A stretch of 62,490 nt of DNA, the filler included, from Aduncisulcus paluster (Eukaryota), in assembly GCA_024181965.1 (NCBI GenBank). It is 5 parts of 5 records of this genome, joined end to end, with 100 filler letters (N's around TTAATTAATTAA, not from the genome) between each part and the next. Parts side by side here need not be neighbours in the genome. Positions count along the whole stretch, not along the records: positions 1 to 22,387 come from BQXS01012492.1; positions 22,488 to 38,669 come from BQXS01012493.1; 3 more parts are not named here. One strand, given 5' to 3'. A model generated the notes under the pieces. The model made no database searches. It was not told where the DNA came from and saw nothing but the letters and a program-made list of their open reading frames with translations. A program made the position numbers and the translations under genes. Shown piece by piece: positions 11,641 through 22,531 of the stretch. The number at the start of each line of letters is the position of its first letter. Position 1 is the first letter of the stretch.

Positions 11641-12030
11641 GGAAATATGACACTCTTTTTAAATTCACCCCCCACCAAGCTCAAATCAGCTAAGATAGTG
11701 ATTCGAAAAGGGTATGAAAAAGGCCAAAACGATGGATTTGACTCTATATCCCTCCATTATGACCAAGATAATGACCATCGAACCCAGCAGACCCCTATGA
11801 AAAGTGCACATTGATTATAAAGCATATGCTAAGCCCTTTAATTGTCATCAATAACCCTCTATCTCCCTATGAATATAAGAATGCGACGGTGAGACGAGGC
11901 GAAGAAAGGTGATAAAAAGGAAGCAAAGCCTCCACAGGATGTCCAGGCAGGACCAAACCCACCCCAGGGGAATTTTCCCTAGGTAGTTTATGGTGGATTA
12001 ACCAATAACATCTTAATAAACTTCTTTATA

Positions 12031-12082
12031 CTATAATATTGTATCAAAGACTCTAATATTGTATCAAAGACTATAATATTGT
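12031..12082. repeat. 20-bp tandem repeat x2.6
   Basis: ct(a/c)taatattgtatcaaaga repeated. Confidence 0.85.
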
Positions 12083-12341
12083 CGATTGAAAAGTCTTGGT
12101 TAAAAATTTCTTCGACATGGAAAATTTTTTCACAGAGAGTTATACTTTTTCATACAAACCCAGATTTCTCGACCGATAGTTGAGACTTTCAAATAATACT
12201 TTACGATTAAAACATTTATAAGATAAGCTAAAATATTAGCAATATTATATAAATTATAAAAAGGTTTCTACTGAGATAGTAGTTGTATTACCCAAATTAA
12301 CAAAAGTCGGACTGAATGGAAAATATTCAAAGAAGGAATTC

Positions 12342-12780
12342 TTGAGTTTCCAGAAACGTGATCCTACAGCGGATGTGAAAACGTATATGGAGGAATCAGT
12401 TTGGACAATTTATAGAGCAAGAGCGAAATTGGCTGCTCAAGAAAGCTCGGAAGATATTATTAAGGAAATCGATAGATTATATGGTATTTCCAATCGATTG
12501 ACTTGTGTCTATTCGCTAAAAGAGTTTAAATTAAAGGGGATATCCGAGGAGGAGATCTCTGAATACTTAACCAGTTATTATCGGACTTTGGAGTCAGTGA
12601 CGGAAGCCAAAGAAAAACCGGAGGATAAGCAGGTTCGAAAACTTTTTTTGTAAGGAATTAGTAACGAACAGTTTCGGACACGAATAGCGATTGGATTGTC
12701 AACCGTGGATGACCCAGATGTCAGTATCTCAGAGATAGAAACGGTAGCAAATTTATTACAAGCTAACAGAAGGACATCAG
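12342..12780 (+). pseudogene. Gag (capsid)-like fragment
   Basis: EISEYLTSYYRTLE...KQVRKLFL*GISNEQFRTRI resembles the capsid C-terminal pattern of retrotransposon Gag and the fragment at 16131. Confidence 0.45.
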
Positions 12781-13478
12781 GTCTATAAATAGGACCCGAG
12801 AAACTCACACCATTGAGCTCGAAGGATTTTTTAAAAATCTCACTACAGCGCAAACGCGAGCGATTTTTCAAACTTGAGATTATAGAACTGATCAAGAAAA
12901 GACCCATTTGAACCATGACTTGCTCTTCAATAACACCATTGGAATCTTCTTGGAAGGAACTTGTCCTCCAGTGAGTATGGAATTTCATGGATCTGACTTG
13001 AAAATTGTACTGTCCATGACTTGAAAATGTTTTTTCCGAACGAGACTTCTTTTTGCACGTGAAATGTTAATTATCTTCTCTGGAAGCCCAATGGCTTCTT
13101 TGCATAATTTAAGACTATGCATCCCACTATGTATTCGATGTAATAATCATGATCTAATTATAGATCTTCACTTAAATAATTTGATCACTCGTTTGATTTT
13201 GCGAACCCCATCATAACACGGGATGATGAGCCCGTTTCAATGGAACATCATGGCATCAGTGATGATCACGAACCTTATCATGTGAGTCATGACTTCGGAG
13301 AAAGTCTTATTGACAACTCGTCCTCGGAGAAGAGCATTGTAGAACACGAATCCATCACTATTTTGATGCGATATGATGATATTGATGATATATCTTGTTC
13401 TGAAGACTCCTCTTAGCTTAATCAACTTCGAAGAAACAAGCTCTCATCCGAGAGGAACTACAAGGAAGGAAGGAGAGA

Positions 13479-13990
13479 ATGAAGGTAATTAAGAGAACCT
13501 TAGATCTTATGAAGTTATCGAAATACAGGACTTTTATGTTGGATATCCCGGCGATACACATAAAGACGATTGAAGAGTATGTCCTGGAGACATGGAGTGA
13601 TGAGAAGTTAAGGAGCCAAATTAGCCGCATTATGAGATATCCATTTATCCCACCCCAACATTTGAAGATTTTAAGAAATGGAAATATTTCAATCTCCCAG
13701 TGAGACCCATCCAATCCCCTTGTTTTTCTAATTTCCCAATTTCATCATACCTTGGAGGAATTATATCCGATCTATCCCTCAGAAATAGACTTCACTTCAT
13801 TTCAGACGAAGATCAAAGGCAAGGAAATAGGAAAATATACCAGTTATTCAATGGTGAAAGATCACATGTTGCCACTTTGAGCTTGTTCTTAGCCATGGAT
13901 GGTTTTCAAGCCTTTCTGGCCGATTGTAAACAGAAACTTCTGAACTGTGGCCTGAAGTCAGCATCTTCCCACTATCTCTGTTACTACTAG
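13479..13990 (+). pseudogene. CMC/Plavaka-like transposase N-terminal fragment
   Basis: KIYQLFNGE...LSLFLAMDGFQAF matches the first catalytic-Asp motif (L.L..DGF..F) of EnSpm/Plavaka transposases. Ends at a TACAG/TACTG-rich patch. Confidence 0.6.
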
Positions 13991-14079
13991 TAATACAGTA
14001 GTACTGTACTGCACGTGTTCAGGAGGGAAATAATGGAACTAAGCACTCATGGAAAACGTTTGTGAGAATCTGAGGATGA

Positions 14080-14680
14080 AAGGATATGGATCCAGATGGA
14101 TGCCTTGTATGGCTCATCTTTTGAATTCGTTGATAAAAGTTTATTTTGAATTTTTTTTGAAAATATCTCAACTATTATTGTCTCAGTCACGAATTAAGTC
14201 CAAGTAATGTTCAGAATAGAGCATTTAAATGTGGAGCCGATATTCCCCACATAAAGTATATCCCTATCCGATGGGAGAATATACTGACAAAGTATCAATT
14301 GATATGTATACAGTGGGACAAGATCCTACTTTATTTAAAAGGATACAAAACAAAGAATGGGAGGGTAGATTCGTGCATACAGTTTTTGCAAAATCAAGGC
14401 TACAAAAAGTATAGAAAGATAATGAAAACATAATTTATTCCAATGGCATTGGATGCACTCCGGACTTCACAGTCTGATTTCCCATCTCACGATGGGTTCC
14501 GCAAAATCAGCCTTTTTTTCATAAATTGAACGGAACTTGGATGGGCTCAACCTGTCCAAAACGCTCATATTAAACAATATTACATCATTTAAGAAATTCT
14601 TTGGACATTTATTATGCTGTAATAGCCATGGATCCGGCAAAATGGGATTCGGACGAGGCTGTAAATCAAAGAAGGATCGA
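14080..14680 (+). pseudogene. Degenerate hAT transposase
   Basis: GYGSRWMPCMAHLLNSLIKVYFE (CxxH motif) and IAMDPAKWDS are homologous to the hAT at 39408-41286. Many frameshifts. Confidence 0.7.
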
Positions 14681-15109
14681 CAATAAAATTAGAATATTCA
14701 CAATTTATATGTTTTTAATTCAATTTTGGCAAAGATAAAAAATGGAAACCCTGCTGATTCAGTACAAAGAATAATGTTCAGTACAAAGAATAGTAGTATA
14801 ATCTTTATTTAGGCTTTCGCCATGGATAAGAGCCTGGAGCTGTTGCTCCTTCGGCGGACGTATTGATGCCTTGTAGTGTACGGGGGGTGTTTGTGACCAG
14901 ATAACAACCTCATCGCCTTCCTTTCACCTCCAGATTCGGGAAGGGTACTTGCGCAGTAGTAACGAATCTGGTGCTGAAGATGATTGCGCTGGATAAGGAT
15001 GATGTCCCGATCATTATTGGCTACCCGACTAGCCATTTTCCATTCGGCTTATTCAAGGAGAATCCTTTGCTCTGAGAAGTTCTCGAAGGCTTAATCCAAA
15101 GACTAGAGC

Positions 15110-15710
15110 GTTCCTCAATGAGGAGGTTCGAAGACTGCTGGAGGAGAAAAAGATCGTGATGAGCAAGAGTACATTTTACTCCCCTGTGGAAGTGGTGCCA
15201 AAGAAAAACGGACAGAATAGATTATGTATCGATTTTAGAACCCTAAACAAGATCACTGTCCCTTATCGCTTTCCTCTACCCCGGATTCATGAAGAACTGG
15301 ATAGTATCCACGGAAATGTTGTCTTTGGGTGTTTAGATCTCTCGAATGGTTTTCATCTTGTTCCAATCGAACCTGTATCCCAGCAGTACACTGCATTCCA
15401 GACTTCCAGACTTCAAAAGGAATCTACCAGTTTACGTGTATGCCCTTCGGACTCATGAATACCCCTGCTCATTTCCAGAGTGTTATGCAAGCCTCTTTTG
15501 GGGATTTAATATCTCAGAAGAAATGCATTGTGTACATCGACGATATTCTGGTCATGGGAAAGTCAGAAGAAGATTTTTTGGAAAACCTAAAACATGTTCT
15601 TGGGTGTTCTGAAGTAGGCCTCAAGATCAACTTCGGAAAATGTAACCTTGGTTTGAAAAATGTTGAATTCTTGGGGCATCTGATATCGAAGAAGGGGAAA
15701 GGTTTGGCAA
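15110..15710 (+). pseudogene. Ty3/gypsy reverse transcriptase fragment
   Basis: SPVEVVPKKNGQNRLCIDFRTLN, LDLSNGFH, MPFGLMN, YIDDILV, VEFLGH. Frameshifted by an 8-bp duplication at 15396-15411. Confidence 0.95.
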
Positions 15711-16130
15711 CACGCGAAGGATTGAGCCCTGTTGGGTGGAAAATTTTGGAACTTCTTGGCAAATCTATGTTTGATTGTTCTAAAGATTTCATAGAGGAGA
15801 TGAATTATGCAGGAATTGACTCCCTGATCATTTTGACCTTCGGGCACGCTAGAGTATATCTTCGGAGTGTGATCGATGAAATTCCAGAGATCAGAATCAT
15901 CATTTCCAGTGCTTAATCGTATACTGTATTTTGTTGAGATGTCTGTCAGAAATCTAAGGTGTATTAGGATAACAAAGCTTCGCACACTCTTCCATATATC
16001 AGTGGTGAGACGAGATTGGCCACCTGGGTTACATTAGGGGAGCCCTGCTTGCTAAAGACCCTTTTCCTGGCAGCAGGAGTTCAAGAACCCGTTTCGGCTG
16101 ATGATTTGAGGGCGGAACTGGATAAGAAAT

Positions 16131-16400
16131 TTGGAGAATCTTCAACAGGCATTCTTCGATGTTCTGGAAAAATTATCCTCATTGACTTTGGACCAATCTA
16201 AATTAATCCACTATATCGCGCGATTCAAAGGATTGGTCGCTTTAAACTCTGAGATCGGAGATGCTGAATCGTTGGTGACAATCTTTATAAAGGGAATCAA
16301 ACTCCCGAGGTTGGCTGAAAGGATTTTGTCGGAGGTTAAAACTGCAGCAAAAAAGGATGACCTGAAGTTTACAATGCAGCAGGCTTTGATAGAGATGAAT
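16131..16400 (+). pseudogene. Gag-like fragment
   Basis: LIHYIARFKGL...LVTIFIKGIK.PRLAERI, a capsid-like motif. Ends at ctatattgtactataccgta. Confidence 0.5.
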
Positions 16401-16649
16401 GAAGCTATATTGTACTATACCGTATTTTGCGTAGTAACGAGAAAAAAGAAGTTCTAAGTTTGGGTACTCGTATTTTTGACCGCCCATTTTCTTTGAGAGA
16501 CAACTCGTTAAAATCACGTCTTTTAAATTTTTTTAACTTTCTTTGTTGGTACACGATCTGGAATTGTTCGTAGTTTAGAGCACTGTCGACCGGTGTAAAC
16601 TTCGAAAAGGTGATAAGAAAAGCCACATCACAATTGTACGATTCTAAAA

Positions 16650-16850
16650 TTGCTCCCTTTCAAAGAGTTAACTACTCCAAAAAAAAGGTTTCTCTGGTTC
16701 CCAATAACTTATTTTGTTGATGGTGTTTCGGTCAGCCCAAAGGTCAGATTTCTGTGCGTGAAAGCCAGAATAGCATCCCAACCAAAAGCCGTACAGAGGA
16801 AAGATTTGTCTATATTTGAAATATCTATGATATATGAGGTCAAGTATGAT
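16650..16850 (+). pseudogene. Plavaka/CMC-like transposase fragment (first Asp region)
   Basis: FPITYFVDGVSV...KARIASQPKAVQRK...EISMIYEVK aligns with VNVIFFLDSVAT...KCTLANISYEYRGR...EMALLPEVK in 18149-18556. Confidence 0.55.
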
Positions 16851-17294
16851 TGTTATAGAAATCAAGATCCCATGCCCTAAAGGCTGGAGCATTCATGGGA
16901 ATAATTTTTCAATGTGCAGTGATGGGCAATCCCACCTGTTCTTTAAGACTTCTTCACCATCTCGAGCATATCCGAAGTCACACCAAGGTTCCCCCCCAAA
17001 GCTGACCCCAGACTTGTGTAAAAAGGTGGAAGATTTATTCTATTATTACTGGCACACTTCAACTCCACGTTGGCCGAACTGTTGCGGGCCCTTGTGATGA
17101 GGGATCCGAAACCATTTGACAATGACAAAATTGGTCGTGTGAGCCTTCTCCGCTCAAATGGTGAGAACGTACTCATTTCAGATACTCAGACTCTGAGAGA
17201 AATTCTCTGTGAAGCCCCGGATTTGATTCAACATGGCGAACTATTCACGGCAAATACCATTTCAGAGGGCATTTTACAAAGGAAGAAGACATGG

Positions 17295-17450
17295 TCAGAC
17301 TGCAGAGTGGAATCCGCGCCAAGTGTGGTGGTGAAGAGATCAACATTGTTGGCTACCTTTCAATGGTGACAGCCGATTCGCCCGAGCGTTGGAGGATTCT
17401 CAACTTTCCTCACAGTGGAGATACTTGCCCCATCTGCCAAGCGAGAGGTG
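17295..17450 (+). pseudogene. Plavaka/CMC-like transposase fragment (second Asp + CxxC)
   Basis: IVGYLSMVTADSPERWRIL...CPICQ, compare GDHPERCRL...CCPWC. Confidence 0.6.
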
Positions 17451-17454
17451 AATA

Positions 17455-17750
17455 CTTCCCTGCTATATTGAATATATTACGGAGGCACAATTATACACGG
17501 AGAAAGGTAAGCCATTTGTGTAGGAGAATTCGAGCCGAAGAAATTTTGGAGTTCGAATCGAAATTAGACATTCTACTCAAGTCCAAACCTCTATCAAGCT
17601 TCTGCTTCCTTGATAAGACTGGGATTGATGCAAAATCCACCCTGCGGCAATTTTGTTAAGGCCTGAAGTGGGCTAGAACAAGGATTTTCATAATCGCTCG
17701 TTGAGATCCAAAAGATCTAATTTTTTTGCCTTCCTAGGTGTAGATCGGAT
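17455..17750 (+). pseudogene. Tc1/IS630-like (DDE_3-type) transposase fragment
   Basis: ILRRHNYTRRKV...FCFLDKTGIDAKSTLRQFC*GLK...RSKRSNFFAFLGVD resembles the HTH-linker, FLDETG and RGKRYS motifs of IS630/Tc1. Confidence 0.6.
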
Positions 17751-17754
17751 CCTA

Positions 17755-17900
17755 TGGAAGATCAGAGATGAAATAGTTTCTCTCCAAAAAGGTATTATCA
17801 TTGAAAATATAAGAATAATAGGATATCTTTCTCTAATAACTGCCGATACTCCACAACACACAAAAATACTTGGACTTCACCTCTCATCTGAGAGGTGCTA
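17755..17900 (+). pseudogene. Plavaka/CMC-like transposase fragment
   Basis: EIVSLQKGIII...IGYLSLITADTPQHTKILG. Confidence 0.55.
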
Positions 17901-17979
17901 CGTTGAGGTGATGTATAAAGAGATTAGAGCAGCATCCCTGAGACAGATATTCTTGTTTCTGCGGTTCTCTCCAGGAACA

Positions 17980-20197
17980 TGAGCGTGTCCTTGTATACAC
18001 GACTTTACAATGCATCACAGGTCGGCAAAGAAGTTACCCTCCCATCTCCCTATAGAATTCGTTGCATGCGTGAGGAATACAGGAGAATGCAGAAGATAGT
18101 GACCTGGAAAAACGAATCATATCACTTCACAAGATTCGGTGAAGCTTATTGGAATTAAGTTGTTCACGAGGTCTTTTCAGACTTCCACCGTCATATACGT
18201 TCACAGATATCGAAGATTTTGTAGTGAATCACAAGTGGTTTAACAGTCCTCCTTTGATATTTGTAAATGTAATCTTCTTCTTGGATAGTGTTGCAACACT
18301 ACGTTTGGGTGGTACGGCATTATCATTGAAATGCACGTTGGCAAACATAAGCTATGAATATAGGGGTCGAAACTCGTGTTGGCGGGAGATGGCATTACTT
18401 CCCGAGGTAAAGGGAGCCACAAATAGAATGGTGAGGCTTATTGAGAGTCAGCTTGCCCTTTTACGAAAAGGAATTCTCATTCCAACCAACGCTGGAGATG
18501 CTATCATCGTGGGAAACATTACTTGGAGACCACCCAGAAAGATGCCGCTTGATTGATGTGTCTAAAACTTGCTGCCCATGGTGTCATATTCGTGGTATTC
18601 CACTGCTTTTTGCAGGAATGGGCAGACTCAGACATCTAAACACCAGAGGGATCTTCGCGAGAGAGAGTAGCAAACATTTCAAGCCACTCCACGTTATTGC
18701 AGCAGATCCGCTTCATTGTTTTTTCTTGGGGATTGGTGAAATGGCGATGAGCTTGATTGGGATCATCCTCACACCCTCACTTAAGGACAAGTTCGATGGA
18801 GTTTTGGGAGNNNNNNNNNNNNNNNNNNNNTGAATATAGGGGTCGAAACTCGTGTTGGCGGGAGATGGCATTACTTCCCGAGGTAAAGGGAGCCACAAAT
18901 AGAATGGTGAGGCTTATTGAGAGTCAGCTTGCCCTTTTACGAAAAGGAATTCTCATTCCAACCAACGCTGGAGATGCTATCATCGTGGGAAACATTACTT
19001 GGAGACCACCCAGAAAGATGCCGCTTGATTGATGTGTCTAAAACTTGCTGCCCATGGTGTCATATTCGTGGTATTCCACTGCTTTTTGCAGGAATGGGCA
19101 GACTCAGACATCTAAACACCAGAGGGATCTTCGCGAGAGAGAGTAGCAAACATTTCAAGCCACTCCACGTTATTGCAGCAGATCCACTTCATTGTTTTTT
19201 CTTGGGGATTGGTGAAATGGTGATGAGCTTGATTGGGATCATCCTCACACCCTCACTTAAGGACAAGTTCGATGGAGTTTTGGGAGATATGGGAATCCGG
19301 ATGAGATTTTCAAACATGTGGAGAACTGCCACAGATTACAAATCCCTTCTTTCTACCTGTGTTTTGTGTCTGTGTTGTGTTCGAAACTCTGAGGAACGTC
19401 TCAGCAGAAATTTCTCATTTCTGGCAGCTCCACCTTCGGCACAGCGAATTCCTCCTCCTGTTGTTCAAGGAAATTATGACCCAATTGAAGAAATGGAGGA
19501 GAGAGGTCGAGCGTGGATTTCATTTGTCCGTGAATTAAGATGGAGAGATTTCCTCGCTGCTCTGTCATTAACTAATATATACATTGGAATGGCTTTAAGA
19601 GCAAGGACAGAAGCTGAATGCCGGACTGTGGTGAGTTATATGAGGGTGACACGTCTTGTTTTGGTGCCATTGGCTATTCTTGGGGGTGTGGTTAGTGAGA
19701 GGGGTGTAAAAGTGAAGCTCCATATGATGGCTCACATTGACCAGTTCGTGAAACTTCATGGGATGTTGTCAAATGTCGACACACAAACAGGGGAACGGAT
19801 GAACAGCTCAGTTCTGAAGGCCTATCGGCACCTGAGGTTTCAAAAGAGGAAACATGAATTGGCTTCAGAAACTCTTCCATTCCTTGCTAAGCAATCATCG
19901 GTTTTGTTTTCGAAAAGAGAGACAGTTATAAGAAGTATGTGGCACATTGCCAATGATAAACTCATAGTCGTCGAGAAGACAGAAGGAGATTATGCCGTAG
20001 GAAAGATATTTGAGCTTCATCGTCCTATATCAATAGTTTCTCCTATTGTTGGCACAATTACTCTCTATTATCTCTATGAATATAAAGAAGACGGTGAAAT
20101 ACCCCTTGATGAACTCATTGAAAAAGCAATTGGAATTGGAGGAGGGGAAGTTGATTGTAGCTATGAAGGATATCTTGCGGTTTGCATTCGTATATAG
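17980..20197 (+). mobile_element. Plavaka/CMC (EnSpm-related) DDE transposase, near full length, frameshifted
   Basis: FFLDS (D1), LANISYEYR, GDHPERC..CCPWC (D2), DPLHCFFLG, KLHMMAH...HG...TGERMNS (E). 18355-18810 is duplicated across the gap at 18811-18830. Confidence 0.75.
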
Positions 20198-20773
20198 ACA
20201 CAAAGTAAATGAGAAATTGATTCACAGAGTTTCCTACTCAAAGATATTAATCAGCTTCATGAAATGAATGACACTCTCTTCTCCTATTATCATCCGGTCA
20301 CTGGTCAAAGAATGATTCCGACACCCTTACGGTCAATAAAGAATCAGTCCTTAAGCGCTGCGATGTAGGAGAACCTGAATTATCTCAGGGAGCTGCTAAA
20401 AAATATCTATAATTGAATTACTTATTCACCTTGAAGGAAAAAAAATAAAAAAACATTTAGAACAGTACAAAAAAATGGGTAAGAACTGAGTGTACAAATA
20501 AATGAAAGTCTTACTCTGTGCTATAGCATGGCAGATTGCAGCTGGATCACGCATAGACTCATAGTACAGAAGAGTACAGCATATAGAGTCACATTAGTGT
20601 TTGAGTACAGTGGATTCATAAGGAATAGGAACACAGCAAAGGGGATAACAACAGAGGAAGAGACGTGGAAGTTTAAAAAGTGTCTCAGACATATTCTGAT
20701 TTTGAAGATGTGTCATCAATCAAGTTTCATTAGAACAGTGTGGGATTATATTCGTCGAAGATAATGGTTTTGG

Positions 20774-21778
20774 TTAGAAAAGCGGCGTGAAAGATCCCCC
20801 GGTACATTGTTGCTGACTGCTAATTCCACTTACTGACATCACTTGACTCACATCGTCCCGAATATCATGTGAAGTTGCAGAAGTAGCCAGGTCATTATCA
20901 ATAAGATCATCACCTGTTTCATCAACATCATGAATCGTTCCATCATCGCTTATAGATGATAATTTTTTAATTGGTACTCCATCCTTGAACAGATCTTCAA
21001 TTGGAAGCTCTGAAACGGCAAGGGATGAATGTCTGCGTTTTGGGGTTGCTTTTTCTTTAGAACCAGTCTTTTCCTTCAATTTCTCTTGTTCACGTAAGTA
21101 AATTAGCCTTCTATCAATAATTGTATCATATAATTTTCGTTTGGCAAGATCTTCTTTCACATTCAGAATTACCTTTCGAAAAGTGGCAGCTGAACATCTT
21201 TTGAAGGACCCAATCAAATTATCGACCTTTCTTTTGAGTTTTATCGAATTTGCTGTCATCTTATCTGGGTTTGCCCGAAATATATGACCAACATTCTTAT
21301 TAGCAGTTAATTCAAAGTCAATGATCGAGCTCCGTCGCGTAAAACGTTCTTCCTCTGTTTTTTTGCTTTTTTCTGCTTTCTCTTCTTCGTCGTCATCATT
21401 TTCTTGCGAATCAATGGTAGATTTTCCATTTTCAGAAGCTTTCAACATTTCGGCATAAATTCGGATGGCAGCAGTTTCCTTAATCTTGTCCATTTCACTT
21501 TGCCATCTTTTTGTCAACATCAACATTCGTTCAATGCTAACAATATCCATTTCAAAGACATTCTCAGAAACAAATGGTATTTTCCTTTCTATAACATCAA
21601 GACGTCGATAAACAGCTTCGAATTCTTGTGTTATTATGATATCGTCCTTTTTTGACTGTTCTTTCTGCTCTTTGAATAACTTTTTAATTCCTTCATCATG
21701 TTGAGATAGAAAATGGGTTATAATTTGTTGAAGTATTCGCTTTTGCTCTATAGAAAACTCAAAAGGAGCAGAACTCAT
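20774..21778 (-). CDS. Hypothetical coiled-coil protein (334 aa)
   Basis: Intact ATG-to-stop ORF with an AT-rich upstream region. No recognisable domain. Confidence 0.75.
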   Translation of the reverse strand: MSSAPFEFSIEQKRILQQIITHFLSQHDEGIKKLFKEQKEQSKKDDIIITQEFEAVYRRLDVIERKIPFVSENVFEMDIVSIERMLMLTKRWQSEMDKIKETAAIRIYAEMLKASENGKSTIDSQENDDDEEEKAEKSKKTEEERFTRRSSIIDFELTANKNVGHIFRANPDKMTANSIKLKRKVDNLIGSFKRCSAATFRKVILNVKEDLAKRKLYDTIIDRRLIYLREQEKLKEKTGSKEKATPKRRHSSLAVSELPIEDLFKDGVPIKKLSSISDDGTIHDVDETGDDLIDNDLATSATSHDIRDDVSQVMSVSGISSQQQCTGGSFTPLF

Positions 21779-22387
21779 TTTTTAATGGCTATTGTTGGCA
21801 AATGAGTTGCTTGAAGTTCAACGAATTGATATTGGTCATCGGATGTAAATTAAATTCATATTTATATATCTTGGTGTCTATTTTGATGCAATATAATTTT
21901 TTTTTATCATTATTTCTTTTTTTTTATTCCGAATATTTCATGAATTTTTCATGCATTCTCACGATTGCATTCTGTTTATAGAGCCAGATGGATGGTTCCT
22001 GACTCGAATCGGGTTTTTTGAAATCGCTGTGTAGTGATATTAGACGATTTTGCATGAATTATAGGAATAATTAGTCAAATTACTTGTCCATTGTGGCCAA
22101 ACTAAACTATAATGCGGTCCAATTTATTAATAAACAGATCTCGAGCGAACCAATCTATTTTTAGAATGTCCCTGAGAATGGTCACCACATCCTCCTCTCA
22201 CTTGAAGAGGGCATCTCATGGCCGAAACCCTGTTCTCCTCTTCGTGATCATTCTCTTGGCGTAAACAAACAACTATTATTTAAGCAAACAACACTCTCAG
22301 ATCCGTTCGTGTAGCATATACCGGCTACAGTCGGTATTCTGATCAAAATGGGCGCATGACGCATACAGCATCAATGCAAACATGAAC

Positions 22388-22487
22388 NNNNNNNNNNNNN
22401 NNNNNNNNNNNNNNNNNNNNNNNNNNNNNNNTTAATTAATTAANNNNNNNNNNNNNNNNNNNNNNNNNNNNNNNNNNNNNNNNNNNN
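22388..22487. other. Artificial scaffold linker
   Basis: N-run + TTAATTAATTAA + N-run, which gives stops in all six frames. Confidence 0.97.
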
Positions 22488-22531
22488 CTGATGATAAATC
22501 CCACATAACACGCTGTAGAACTTTATTTCCT

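Noticed and set aside
10102..12653. In-frame TAA/TAG in TE ORFs suggesting a TAR=Gln code as in hexamitid diplomonads
   Set aside because: Long host ORFs contain no in-frame TAR and end at TAA/TAG (kinase TAG; CCNIM-TAA). These stops lie in decayed elements.
12031..14795. Short direct repeats as a CRISPR-like array
   Set aside because: These are 2-3 tandem units with no unique spacers, there are no cas genes, and the context is eukaryotic.
14809..15036. Possible minus-strand integrase C-terminal remnant
   Set aside because: The motifs appear only by mixing frames, which is too weak to call. If real, it would be an exception to the strand bias.
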